Made by a program: the position numbers and the translations under genes | Shown here: one piece after another, positions 53,948 through 64,000 of the stretch | Layout: the number at the start of each line of letters is the position of its first letter | Numbering within the stretch: the first letter of the stretch is position 1 | Notes under the pieces: model-generated | The model's input: only the letters and a program-made list of their open reading frames with translations | Database searches by the model: none | Told to the model about the DNA's origin: nothing | From: Bryobacterales bacterium | GTDB taxonomy: Bacteria; Acidobacteriota; Terriglobia; Bryobacterales; UBA6623 | DNA: 64,000 nucleotides | Assembly (NCBI GenBank): GCA_963422375.2 | Contig: OY729427.2 | Location: 1,088,001 to 1,152,000 of the forward strand | Direction: 5' to 3'

Positions 53948-54874
53948 TTGCGGGTAGTCTTCATGGGCACGCCGGAATTCGCGGTGCCGTCCCTCGAGGC
54001 CCTCGCGGAGCGATACGACGTCGCGGAAGTGGTGACGCAGCCGGACCGGCCCGCCGGGCGCGGGCGCAAGCTAACGCCCCCGCCGGTCAAGCAAGCGGCC
54101 GCCGCATTGGAACTGCCTGTGTACCAGCCCCGCCGGATCCGCGATCCCGGCGCCTGGGAGCGCCTTGCCGCCCGGGAGCCGGATGCCATCGCGGTCGTCG
54201 GGTACGGCCAGATGATCCCGAAGCGCATCCGGGATCTCCCGCCCCACGGGTGTGTCAACGTGCATTCGTCGCTTCTCCCGAAGTACCGTGGCGCCGCCCC
54301 GGTCAACTGGGCGATCGCTAACGGCGAGACGCTCACGGGGGTGACGACCATGAGAATCGCACGGGAAATGGACGCGGGGGACATACTGCTCGCTCGAAAG
54401 ACGCCTATCGGGCCGGACGAGACGGCCCCCGCGGTGAACGCTCGTCTCGCCCTGATGGGATCGGAACTGCTCCGCGAGACGCTCGACTGTCTTTCTGCCG
54501 GCACGATTTGCCCGGTTCCGCAGGACCATGCCGCCGCCACCAAGGCACCGCTCCTCAAGCGGGAGCACGGGCTGATCGACTGGTCCGCGTCGGCCCGATC
54601 GATCTACAACAGGCTGCGCGGCTTCGAGCCGTGGCCCGGGATCTTCACTTTCCTCCGCGGCAAGCGCCTGCGGATCCGGTCGGCGCGGCCGACGGAGCAA
54701 GGGGGCATTCGGCCGGGTCATCTGCGACCCGACGCCAGCGGCCTCTGCGTAGGCTGCGGGTCGGGACGGCTCGTGCTGGAGGAGATCCACTTGGAAGGAC
54801 GCAGGGCCGTCTCCGCGGCGGAATTCGCGCGGGGCTTCCGCCCCGCGCCTGACGAAGTACTTCGAAATGAATGA
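53948..54874 (+). CDS. fmt: Methionyl-tRNA formyltransferase
   Basis: VVFMGTPEFA, TQPDRPAGRG, NVHSSLLPKYRGAAP, MDAGD; TTG start assumed. Confidence 0.96.
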   Translation: MRVVFMGTPEFAVPSLEALAERYDVAEVVTQPDRPAGRGRKLTPPPVKQAAAALELPVYQPRRIRDPGAWERLAAREPDAIAVVGYGQMIPKRIRDLPPHGCVNVHSSLLPKYRGAAPVNWAIANGETLTGVTTMRIAREMDAGDILLARKTPIGPDETAPAVNARLALMGSELLRETLDCLSAGTICPVPQDHAAATKAPLLKREHGLIDWSASARSIYNRLRGFEPWPGIFTFLRGKRLRIRSARPTEQGGIRPGHLRPDASGLCVGCGSGRLVLEEIHLEGRRAVSAAEFARGFRPAPDEVLRNE

Positions 54875-56063
54875 GGCGACAGCAGCCGATCTTCCCCTAG
54901 GATTCCGGTTCGCCGCCGGCTACGCAGGCATCCGCAAGGAAGCATCCGACGACTTGGCGCTGATGGTGTCGGACACCCGGGCGTCCGCCGCGGCGGTCTT
55001 CACCCGCAACGAGGTGCGGGCCGCGCCCGTTATCAGGAGCGTGTTGTCCATGCTGCAGAGCGGCGGCACCGCGCGGGCCATCGTTGCCAACGCCGGCAAC
55101 GCCAACTGCGCCGCCCCGTGGATGGAGGAGGTGGCTCTGGCGACGGCCCGCAAGGCGGCCGCGCTCGCCGGCGTCGAGGAACACCAAGTGCTGCTGGCAT
55201 CCACGGGCGTGATCGGCGAGCCCATGGAGATCGGCGTGATCCCGACTGCGCTGCCGCGCCTGTGGGCCGCGCTCTCGCGGGACCAGTTCGAGGCCTGCGC
55301 ACGGGCGATCATGACGACGGACACCGTGCCGAAGATCCGCTGCGAAAAAGTCGAGACAGCGGACGGCACCATACGTCTGGCCGGCATGGCCAAGGGGGCG
55401 GGCATGATCATGCCCGACATGGCGACAATGCTGTCGTTCCTGTTTACGGACGCCGCCATCGAGCCCCAGCGCCTGAAGGAAATGCTGCAGTCCTCGGTCA
55501 ACCACAGCTTCAACTGCGTCACGGTAGACTCGGACACTTCCACGAACGACACCGTCTACCTACTTGCGAGCGGAGCCTCCAACGTGCGGGTCGACGACGA
55601 CTCCGCACCAGCTTTCCAAGCCGGCTTGGACGCGCTTACCCGCGACCTAGCCATCGATATCGTCCGCGACGGGGAAGGAGCGAGAAAGCTGGCCGAAATC
55701 ACGGTCGAAGGCATGGCTACGGACTGGGGAGCGAAGCAAATCGCCATGGCGGTCGCCAACTCGCCCTTGGTCAAGACGGCGCTCGCCGGGGCCGACCCGA
55801 ACTGGGGGCGAATGCTCGCGGCGGCCGGCAAGTCGGGCGCCCTGTTCCTCGCCTCCCACATGAGCGTCTTCGTGAACGGTGTACAGGTCTGCGCCGACGG
55901 CGTGCGCGCCGACTACGACGAACCGGCGTTGCAGCGCACTATGGAAGGTGACGAGATCTCGATCCGTATCGCTATGCGGGACCCGGGACCCGGCTTCGCC
56001 AGAGCCTGGACCTGCGACCTCACCGAAGACTACGTCCGCATCAACGCCGACTACCGCACGTGA
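54867..56063 (+). CDS. argJ: Bifunctional ornithine acetyltransferase / N-acetylglutamate synthase
   Basis: ASTGVIG, IMTTDT, AKGAGMIMPDMATML, DTSTNDT, DGEGA, YVRINADYRT. Confidence 0.97.
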   Translation: MNEATAADLPLGFRFAAGYAGIRKEASDDLALMVSDTRASAAAVFTRNEVRAAPVIRSVLSMLQSGGTARAIVANAGNANCAAPWMEEVALATARKAAALAGVEEHQVLLASTGVIGEPMEIGVIPTALPRLWAALSRDQFEACARAIMTTDTVPKIRCEKVETADGTIRLAGMAKGAGMIMPDMATMLSFLFTDAAIEPQRLKEMLQSSVNHSFNCVTVDSDTSTNDTVYLLASGASNVRVDDDSAPAFQAGLDALTRDLAIDIVRDGEGARKLAEITVEGMATDWGAKQIAMAVANSPLVKTALAGADPNWGRMLAAAGKSGALFLASHMSVFVNGVQVCADGVRADYDEPALQRTMEGDEISIRIAMRDPGPGFARAWTCDLTEDYVRINADYRT

Positions 56064-56123
56064 TGCGACGGACCGCTTGAATCGCGGCGCATCCGGGGCC
56101 ATACTCGGAAGAGCTCAGCGCAG

Positions 56124-56199
<76 letters not shown>

Positions 56200-56252
56200 G
56201 GAGTCCCGCAGACGCCCGGAACGGTCGCGGCTCGACGGGCCGTCCCAGCCCC

Positions 56253-57608
56253 CTACACGGTGTCGGGAGTCGGATGGATCCAAGGCTTCCGGTACGGCCG
56301 CGCAAGCTTGCCGGTGGCCTCGGAATCGCCGATCACCTCGTGCCTAGCCGCATCCCACGCGAGGGATCGCCCCACCTCCATCGAAACGTTGGCGAGCAGG
56401 CAGCAGGCGGTCGAGATGTGCCCCTGCTCGATGTCCGCGACCGGCCGCGAGCGCCCGTCAATCGCCTTCAGGAAGTCCCGCATGTGGGCCCGCAGCACGG
56501 GAAACTCGTGCGCTCCGAGCCTCGACTCGACCGTGTCGACCTTGTCGATCTGGTACTTGTCGATTTCCGTGACGGCGTCGCGTCGGATCGGCCTCTCCTG
56601 CTTCTCTACCGGGATGAATTCCCACTTCGTGGTCGAGCCCTTGAAGAGCCCCTTCTCTCCGTAGATGAAATACGCCCAAGGATAGCCGGCGTAGACCGGC
56701 GGGCCCCAGTTGCGGTGCGTCCAGACGACATTGAGGTCGGGGAAGGCGAAGGTCGCCGTCTGGGTGTCGGGAGTGTTGGCCTTGCTGCCCTTGTCCACGA
56801 AGATGCCGCCGATCGAATGCACGGACGAGGGCCAGCCCAGATCGAGCGTCCAGCGCACGAGGTCGATCATGTGGATGCACATGTCGCCGATCACCCCGTT
56901 TCCGTACTCCATGAAGTACCTCCAGCGACGGGGGTGCGTCCACTGGCAGAACGGCCGCATCGGAGCGGGGCCGGTCCACATCTCGTAATCGAGATGCGAC
57001 GGCGGACCGGTGTCCGGCGGGTTGCCCCGTGGGCTGCGGTAGACGTAGCAGCAGACCTCGGCATGCGAGATCTTTCCGAGCATTCCGCTCCGGATCCGAT
57101 CACGGGCCTCGACCAGGTGAGGCGCGGAGCGCCGCTGGGTGCCGACTTGGCACACCCGACCGTACTTGCGGGCCGCGGCTACCATCGAGCGACCCTCGAC
57201 GACATCGACCGAGACCGGCTTCTGGACGTACACGTCCGCGCCCGCCCGCATCGCCTCGACCGCCGGCAGGCAGTGCCAGTGGTCGGGCGTCGCAACCTCC
57301 ACGATGTCGGGCTGCTCCTGCTTGAGCAGTTCGCGATAGTCCCCGTAGGTGCGGGGAACCTTGCCGGACCTGTGGCGCTTCGATGCCATCTGCGCGTCGG
57401 CGGCCAGGCTCCGGCTGTCGGGATCGCAGAGGGCCACGATCTCCACGTCGTCGACCTGGACGAGACGGAACAGGTCGTTCTTGCCGTACCAGCCGGATCC
57501 GACCAGCGCGACCCGGCGCGGCCGGTCCGCGGCCCGGGCGCCTGCCAAGGGTAGGCTCGCGGCAGCAGCCCGGACGAAGGCGCGACGATCAATCGAAGTG
57601 GGTGCCAT
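56253..57608 (-). CDS. Tat-exported Gfo/Idh/MocA oxidoreductase
   Basis: DRRAFV Tat motif, GSGWYG, ATPDHWH, YVQKP, GDMCIHMID. Confidence 0.92.
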   Translation of the reverse strand: MAPTSIDRRAFVRAAAASLPLAGARAADRPRRVALVGSGWYGKNDLFRLVQVDDVEIVALCDPDSRSLAADAQMASKRHRSGKVPRTYGDYRELLKQEQPDIVEVATPDHWHCLPAVEAMRAGADVYVQKPVSVDVVEGRSMVAAARKYGRVCQVGTQRRSAPHLVEARDRIRSGMLGKISHAEVCCYVYRSPRGNPPDTGPPSHLDYEMWTGPAPMRPFCQWTHPRRWRYFMEYGNGVIGDMCIHMIDLVRWTLDLGWPSSVHSIGGIFVDKGSKANTPDTQTATFAFPDLNVVWTHRNWGPPVYAGYPWAYFIYGEKGLFKGSTTKWEFIPVEKQERPIRRDAVTEIDKYQIDKVDTVESRLGAHEFPVLRAHMRDFLKAIDGRSRPVADIEQGHISTACCLLANVSMEVGRSLAWDAARHEVIGDSEATGKLARPYRKPWIHPTPDTV

Positions 57609-57781
57609 GCTCGTCTCCGTGCGCCAGACATTACCACAGCCGACGCCTGCGCGGCGCATGCGGCCGCTGGCGCAGTTGAGACTCTGGCGCCCGGGGGGTA
57701 TTCTGGCAGCGGGCCCGGCTGCCGGCCCGGGAAGCGTTTCCGGCGCGCGGCAGGGCAGGTCTAGTCACTCGGGAGGTCCTG

Positions 57782-59065
57782 ATGAACCGCATCACTCGGA
57801 GAGAGGCCGTCGGAACGGCGCTGGCCGGATTCGCAGTCCGCGCCAGCGCACAGTCGCCCAGCGACCAGTTGGGCGTTTCGGTGGTCGGCGTGGGCGGCAT
57901 GGGCCACGGCCATGTCGAGCGAGTCCTGACACGCGACGACGTCCGCATCGTCTCGATCTGCGACGTCGACCAAGCCAACGCGGAGCGCGCGGGCCAGACG
58001 GTCAACAAGGCCCGCGGCAAGACGCCGAACCTGGTAGAGGACTTCCGCAACGTGCTCGACGACAAGGAGGTCGACGCGGTCGTCGTGGCGACACCGCACC
58101 ACTGGCACGCGCCCATCGCGGTACGGGCGATGCAGGCAGGCAAGGACGTCTACGTGGAGAAGCCGGCCAGCCACGTGTTTCGCGAGGGCCGGCTGCTGGC
58201 GGAAGCGGCGAAGAAGTACGATCGCATCCTGCAGCACGGCACGCAGATGCGCTCGAGCGAAGTTACTAAGCGGGCCGACGCGCTGCTCCGGGAAGGCATC
58301 ATCGGCGAAGTCAAGATGTCGAAGGCGTGGAACTGCCAGCGCCACACGCACCGGCAGCTCGCGGAGGACGCCCCGATTCCCGCCGGCGTCAACTACGACC
58401 TCTGGGTGGGCCCGGCAGCCTACGACGGCAGGTTCAATCCGAACCGCTACAACCGCAACTGGAACTGGTACCGGGCATTCGGGAACGGCGACATCGGCGG
58501 GGACGGCCCGCACGACCTCGACCTAGCGCGCTGGGGCCTCGGGGTGGAGACCCATCCCGCGCGGATCACGGCGCACGGCAGCCGGGTCGACTTGGAAGGG
58601 ATCCGGGAGTTCCCCGACAACATGGTGGTCGCCTACCACTACGAGGAAGGCAAGGTCCTGATTTACGAGGACCGCGGCTGGACGCCGTACGGAATGCACG
58701 GGTTCGACAGCGGCAACGCCTTCTACGGCAGCGAAGGCTACATGATCTTCTCGAGGCGGGGCTACTTCCAAGTCTATCTCGGCAGGAACGAGGTCAAGGG
58801 CCCGGGCATAGCGGACGGCCCGACCGGCCATCCGGAGCACATGTACAACTTCCTGGACTGCGTGAAGACCCGCGAGCAGCCGGTCGCGAACGCCGAAGTC
58901 GCGCATCTCTCGTGCGGTCTGATCCATCTGGGAGAGGCCGCCTACAGGGCCGGCCGGGTGTTGCACTTCGACCCGGGGCGGGAGCGCTTCGTCGGCGACC
59001 CGGACGCGGACAAGCTGCTCACCAAGGAGTACCGCGAGCCTTGGTCGATGCCCGACCCGGTCTGA
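57782..59065 (+). CDS. Tat-exported Gfo/Idh/MocA oxidoreductase
   Basis: TRREAV, GVGGMG, ATPHHWH, YVEKP, HDLDLARW. Confidence 0.92.
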   Translation: MNRITRREAVGTALAGFAVRASAQSPSDQLGVSVVGVGGMGHGHVERVLTRDDVRIVSICDVDQANAERAGQTVNKARGKTPNLVEDFRNVLDDKEVDAVVVATPHHWHAPIAVRAMQAGKDVYVEKPASHVFREGRLLAEAAKKYDRILQHGTQMRSSEVTKRADALLREGIIGEVKMSKAWNCQRHTHRQLAEDAPIPAGVNYDLWVGPAAYDGRFNPNRYNRNWNWYRAFGNGDIGGDGPHDLDLARWGLGVETHPARITAHGSRVDLEGIREFPDNMVVAYHYEEGKVLIYEDRGWTPYGMHGFDSGNAFYGSEGYMIFSRRGYFQVYLGRNEVKGPGIADGPTGHPEHMYNFLDCVKTREQPVANAEVAHLSCGLIHLGEAAYRAGRVLHFDPGRERFVGDPDADKLLTKEYREPWSMPDPV

Positions 59066-59075
59066 GTCGCGGCCT

Positions 59076-60143
59076 CTATCTCGGTGCCGGTCCGCCCTCT
59101 CGGATCGCGCGGAAGAACCGCACGGCCTGCTCCTGGCCCCAGAAGCGAGGTCGGCCGCGGGCAAGAAAGGCGACGTGGCCGCCACGGCGCGGGCCGATGA
59201 ACCTCAGCCATGGGTTCTCGCGCAGGGCGGGCAGGTCGAACGCCTCGAAGGGGATGAAGGGATCGTCCTGTGCTTGGATGATCAGCGCGGGCACGCGGAT
59301 GCGGCCGAGAAATCGCGCCGACGAGGCCTGCTCGTAGTAGTCGGCGGCGTTCCGGAAACCGAACGCCGGAGCGGTCACCAGCTCGTCGAACTGCCAAATC
59401 GAGCGCGGCTTGGGCAATCCCTCCCCGGGGAAGGAGCCGGGAAGCGCCGCGCGCTTGCGCCGGAGGGCCGCGCCCAGCTGGAGCAGGAAGCGCTTCTCGT
59501 AGACGGCGTTGCGCCTGCGGCCGATGTTTCGCGAGCACAGATCCAGCCGGATGGGCGGAGAGACGGCGCAGACGGCCCGCACGTGAGCCGGGGCGGACTC
59601 GCCCCATTCCCCGGCCAGCTTGAGCGCGATGTTGCCGCCCATCGAGTAGCCGACCAAATACAGCGGCCGCGGCGCGAGCGCGTCGACCACCGCCCGCAGG
59701 TCGGCGGTCAGGCCCGAGTGGTACAGGGTGCGGCAGAGGTGCTCAGTGCCTCCGCAGTTGCGAACATTGAGGCGCGCGGCATCGAATCCGGATTGCAGCG
59801 CCGCGCGGGCGACCGAGACCATGTACGGGGCCCGGTCGCAGGCCGTCAGGCCGTGCAGCGCCAGCACCGTTGGGCGCGCCCGCGGCGGGGCGCCGCCGGC
59901 CCGGGCGTTCAGCTTCGCCAGGACGCGAGTATCGGGGTCGGTCCGGAACAGGCGCGATTCCGTGGGGAACCTGCGCTCGTCGAGCGACTGAGGCCAGTAG
60001 CGCGCCGCGACCGTCTGGAGGTCCCCGCCGGGCAGCAGCGGCCGGTAGGGCAGGCGCCACGCCTCCTCGGGGGGCGGCAGCGGGCCTCTTGCGAACGATC
60101 GCGCGGAAGCAGGCTCAGCGGGAGGCGCGAAGGTTCTCGGCAA
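59076..60143 (-). CDS. YheT-family alpha/beta hydrolase
   Basis: HGL, YHSGLTAD, GYSMGG nucleophile, DDPF, GGHVAF. Confidence 0.9.
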   Translation of the reverse strand: MPRTFAPPAEPASARSFARGPLPPPEEAWRLPYRPLLPGGDLQTVAARYWPQSLDERRFPTESRLFRTDPDTRVLAKLNARAGGAPPRARPTVLALHGLTACDRAPYMVSVARAALQSGFDAARLNVRNCGGTEHLCRTLYHSGLTADLRAVVDALAPRPLYLVGYSMGGNIALKLAGEWGESAPAHVRAVCAVSPPIRLDLCSRNIGRRRNAVYEKRFLLQLGAALRRKRAALPGSFPGEGLPKPRSIWQFDELVTAPAFGFRNAADYYEQASSARFLGRIRVPALIIQAQDDPFIPFEAFDLPALRENPWLRFIGPRRGGHVAFLARGRPRFWGQEQAVRFFRAIREGGPAPR

Positions 60144-60690
60144 GGAGCACGTCCAATTCCTTGACCAGGTGCGTCTCCATGTCTGACCAGAACTCCCCGT
60201 CCATGCCGCGATGCTCGTAGCGAATCACGCCGTTCCTGTCGACGAGCATCATATACGGCACGTAGGCCCGCGCCATGACGGACAGGTCGGCGAACCGCAT
60301 CCAGTCGGAGCGGGTCGAAACACCCACGGGAAACTCGACGCGGTGGTCCCTCCTGAAGCTGTCGATGTTGCCGGGCGCGTTCGGATTCACGGCCATCGCC
60401 ATGATCTCCAGCCCCTGGCCGGCGTACTTCTCGTAGATCGGCCCGAGGGCCTCGCAGGTGGACTGACAGTGCGGGCAGTCGGTGGAGATCCACAGCACGG
60501 CCACGACCTTGCCCTTGAGAGCGCCTAAGTCAATCGTCTTCCCGGAGACTGTCTTGAGGGCTAGTTCGGGCGCGTCGCGGGGCACGTTGCCGGCGCCCAG
60601 CGCCGAAGCGGCCAGCCACGCTCCTAACACAACGCCCGGAAGCATGCGAACTCGCATCGAGGCGACAAATCGACCTAGGGATCTCTTCAT
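60115..60690 (-). CDS. Redoxin/TlpA-like thiol-disulfide oxidoreductase; start uncertain
   Basis: LKGKVV..CPHC, YVP..LVDRNGVIR. Confidence 0.85.
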   Translation of the reverse strand: MKRSLGRFVASMRVRMLPGVVLGAWLAASALGAGNVPRDAPELALKTVSGKTIDLGALKGKVVAVLWISTDCPHCQSTCEALGPIYEKYAGQGLEIMAMAVNPNAPGNIDSFRRDHRVEFPVGVSTRSDWMRFADLSVMARAYVPYMMLVDRNGVIRYEHRGMDGEFWSDMETHLVKELDVLLAENLRASR

Positions 60691-60808
60691 GGCTTCGTAC
60701 CGGGAGCCGACCGCCACGCGCCCATCGCTTTCGAGGGGCCGGTGATTCCGCGACGTCTCCGAGTTCAATCTATCACACGCTCCCGGTCATCCGATCGGGG
60801 TCTCGAAC

Positions 60809-60843
60809 AGGCTATGCCTGGTCCGCGACCGCAGGCATAGCCT
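60809..60843. repeat. Perfect 12-bp inverted repeat AGGCTATGCCTG-N11-CAGGCATAGCCT
   Basis: Read directly; intergenic. Confidence 0.75.
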
Positions 60844-61233
60844 ACCGACGGGGTTTCTCGGTCGGACGCCGGACTAGCCCGGATCAGCTAAGGGCCACCT
60901 GCGGGCGGGCGAAGTCGCGCTTGGTCGCCGCCTACTAGCCCGCTCGCGATTCGGAGTGGGGCGAGGCTACCGGTCCGGGTCCGCAGGGAGGCGCACGGTA
61001 CGCCGACCAAGCGAACCGAAGACTAGCTCGCGAGAGGGGCCCGCCGACGGGGCAAGCGAGGACCGCCCGCCACTCGCGAGGCTCCCGGACAGGTCCGCAT
61101 TCCCCGCCCGCAGCCATTTTCTAAGCGGGTTCTCGGTCACCGAGAGCACAGCAACGAGACCCCTGCCATTGATCCTCACCTAAGTAGATGACGATCTCTA
61201 GTTATGGCACTGAGGTCTCTTCTTGGATGGATT

Positions 61234-61422
61234 CTACTTGATTCTCGAATCGGATTTGAACAGGTATCTTGCCACGAAATACAAGCACGTCGGTACATTG
61301 GCCGTTGTAGTTCAAGCGATTGTCATGATAACACCATCGGATAAAGCGAAGTATTCGAGCGGTCGAAGGAATCCCTGAAGCTGGAATATCAATCCCGCCG
61401 ACCACTTAGGCCTATCGTCCAT
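61234..61422 (-). pseudogene. Degenerate small membrane protein with internal TGA (61312-61314), coupled to the Panacea fragment
   Basis: Manual translation: MDDRPKW...FALSDGVIMTIA*TTTANVPTCLYFVARYLFKSDSRIK; ATG overlaps the upstream ORF end. Confidence 0.55.
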
Positions 61423-61607
61423 CTTGAGCCTGTTCTACCCTAGCCCTGAAGTGCTTGGCAATCAACTCGTTCGGGATGTCCACTCCCTTGAATTTCGGAT
61501 TCTCCCTATGGATCTTCGACCATGGTGAGTCAGACGCATGGGGCATTCGAGAGAGCTCGCAGGCCGAGAACTTGCCGTAGACTTCAAGCACACGTTGCAA
61601 AATCATA
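61412..61607 (-). pseudogene. C-terminal fragment of a Panacea (DUF4065/SocA-like) antitoxin, cut by IS1595
   Basis: ILQRVLEVYGKFSACELSRMPHASDSPW...IPNELIAKHF resembles the YG..SA..L...TH....PW....I...I..F pattern. Confidence 0.7.
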
Positions 61608-62885
61608 CCTGATTACCAACGAAAGTCAGCCGAGGATATGCTATACTGAAGGAGGTCGGAAATCTCTGACAGGAAAGGGGATAGCAGATGAAACGCAAGC
61701 GCGTGCAATTCCAGAAGGGACTCAGCCTGGGCAAGTTCCTGCAGCGCTACGGCAGCGAGGGGCCATGCGAGCAGGCCGTCTTCAACGCCCGCCGGCCGGA
61801 CGGCTTGCGCTGCCCGGAGTGCGGCTCCCGCCGGCACTGCCGCATCCGCTCCCGCAAGCTCTGGCAGTGCCATGCCTGCCACCGCCGGACCTCCCTCGTC
61901 GCCGGCACGATCTTCGCCGCCACCAAGCTGCCGCTGACCGCCCGGTTCCTGGCGATCCACCTGCTGACGCAGGGCAAGCACGGCGTTTCGTCGCTGGAAC
62001 TGGCGCGGCAGCCGGGCGTGAGCCGGAACACGGCTTGGAAGATGAAGCACAAGCTCTTGCAAGTGATGAAGGAGCGCGACGAGCGCCTGCCGCTGGGCGG
62101 CATCGTGCAGGTGGACGACGCCTGTTGGGGCGGGGAGCGGCGGGCAAGACGCCGTTCGTGGCCGCCGTGCAGGTCACCGCCGCCGGCCAGCCGGCAAGGA
62201 TGCGCATGAGCAGCGTGGCAGGCTTCCGCAAGAAGACGCTGGCAGCCCGGGCCAGGCGGCACTTGCAGCCCGGCACGGAGGTGCATTCCGACGGCCCGGC
62301 CTGCTTCCGGGGCGTGGCCGACGCCGGCTGCGAGCACGTGCCGACCGTCACCGGAGGCGCGAAGCGGAGCTGCGGGGATTCCCGCTTCGTCCGGGTCAAC
62401 GTCCGGGTCAACACGATGCTGGCGAACGTCAAGCAGTCCCTGGCGGGAACCTGCCATGCGCTCGACGGCAAGCACCTGCCGCGGTACCTCGCCGAGTTCC
62501 GCTACCGCTTCAACCGCCGCTACGATCTGGAGGTGCTGGTCCCCCGCCTGCTCCACGCCTCCGTGCGCACCCCGCACATGCCTTACCGCCTCCTAACCTT
62601 GGCTGAGTCTTGTGGGTAATTAGTGCTTGTGACAAAACCCCTGAATTCTGGCCTGATCAGCATTTCATACTACATCCTGATGTCGGATGGATCTCCAAAC
62701 ACAACATATAGGGCCCAAGGTCGGAAGTTGCTCAGCCGCCAATCGCGAACATTTCCGCGCTCTACCCAGAATTGGCAGGATTTCGGACCAGTCGTAGCAT
62801 TCCAGCGAAATCTTCGCCTTGAGAGATTGGATCTAACGCCTTTATTGTCAAGGGGATACGAGTTTTGTCACAGGCACTAATTAGG
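61608..62885 (+). mobile_element. IS1595-family element (second type); transposase 61688-62619 frameshifted near 62140; right IR split by a MITE
   Basis: Left IR CCTGATTACCAACGAAAGTCAGCC; reconstructed right IR GGCTGAGTCTTGTGGGTAATTAGG; CPEC/CHAC, QVDDA, SDG, YLAEFRYRFNRR. Confidence 0.92.
62623..62877. mobile_element. 255-bp non-autonomous MITE-like element
   Basis: IRs GTGCTTGTGACAAAAC / GTTTTGTCACAGGCAC (15/16); TAATTA on both sides (62617-62622, 62878-62883). Confidence 0.88.
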
Positions 62886-63921
62886 ATCCGAAATGCTTTG
62901 GGTCACGGCCTACGATACCGACGAGTCCGAGCTGCTTGCCACATGAAAAAATCTGCTGCAGAGCCAATCGAGAGTCATCCAACAGGTGCTGCGAGCGCGA
63001 GCCGGACCGGTGCTGAGTCGGAATATATGCCACCCAAAGCAGATTATACGATCATCGCCTCTCGCAAGTAGACGTCGCGAGAGGACCCTGCACACCCGTC
63101 TCGGCCACCCGTCCAACCTAGGCCGTCCGCAATTCTGGCCGAGCGTGGCGCGGGTCATTAGGACACCCGAGTCCCTCGAACTGCCCTCGAGTCTGGCAAC
63201 GCCTCATGGTAGTTTGCACAGGAAGCTGCAAACACGCCCATGGCTCGGGGGTATTCATGTCTTCGGAAGGCCTGCCGCGGATTTCCAGACCGTAGATCAG
63301 GAATACGCTACGAATCCGAGCCCGGTCGCCGAGAGCCGCTTTGGGAAGGCGCGCTCCCACAGCGGGACTGGTGCAGGCGACAGTCCATTCTACGGGTAGT
63401 GCGGGGAATATGACCGTACAGAATAGGTCCCTGAGATATCAACACTGCTTGTTCAGTTCGCCCGGCGAATTCTGAATTGATCAATTCGAATTCTTAGCCT
63501 TCGGAAGGGACTTAACTCTCTGTACGAAAACAATTTCGTGGATTGGACTGATGCACTTGGATCGAGAACTTATTTGACCGTACTAGCCCGCACTTCGTCG
63601 CGTTGCATAAGTCGCAAGAGGCAAGGGCCGAATCCTTGCGCCGCCACGCATGTCGGTCAGTCCCGGCCCTTTTCCACGAGCGCCACCGCGTCAGCATTCG
63701 GACCGCCTCCCTGGCGGTGGAGACGGAGACGGCGACCGCGTCGCTCGCTAGGCCGCAGAACGCGGCCCGACCTAGTGCCACAGCGGGCGCCCTCCCGGTA
63801 CACACAGTGCTCGGCGCTGGCTTCCCGTCACGGGAAGTCTCATTCGACTAGAGTGATCATCTCGGCCGCCCTCTAGGCGAACTGCGAGCCCCCTGCCACG
63901 CCTTCCTCGTTCAATTCCCGA

Positions 63922-64000
63922 CCTGATTACCAACGAACGTCAGCCGAGGATATGCTATACTGAAGGAGGTCGGAAATCTCTGATAGGAAAGGGGCTAGCA
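63922..64000 (+). mobile_element. Left end of a third copy of the second IS1595 type (runs off the window)
   Basis: Near-identical to 61608-61686. Confidence 0.9.

Noticed and set aside
61312..61314. In-frame TGA as selenocysteine
   Set aside because: Not a redox-motif position, no evident SECIS, and the surrounding gene is degenerate

Overview
A very GC-rich bacterial chromosome segment. The gene content (sulfatases, a DUF1553/DUF1501 pair, Tat-exported Gfo/Idh/MocA oxidoreductases, a LytS kinase) suggests an Acidobacteriota (Bryobacterales-like) genome; this is inference only. Positions 1-41 kb and 53.4-60.7 kb are mostly housekeeping and catabolic genes: nuoCDHIJK without A/B/E/F/G, acnA, a TrmJ-like methylase, paired acyl-CoA dehydrogenases, ribA, lactate permease, a sialidase-like/sulfatase fusion, birA-coaX-pncB, trpB, def-fmt-argJ and tRNA-Ile2(CAU). 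Positions 41.4-53.1 kb and 61.2-64 kb are IS graveyards. They contain nested IS1595/IS1380/IS1595 elements with a verifiable 8-bp target duplication, a 255-bp MITE with a 6-bp duplication inside an IS1595 terminal repeat, a truncated tRNA-Gln, and remnants of mtgA, a transglutaminase, a type I RM gene and a Panacea toxin-antitoxin pair. The most striking observation is that decaying transposases have mutated almost only A:T->G:C, which removes stop codons and keeps dead genes open. Also notable: a Fic protein with an erased active site, two candidate structured small RNAs, and many apparently leaderless genes. No CRISPR array was seen, and no complete novel system can be claimed with confidence.
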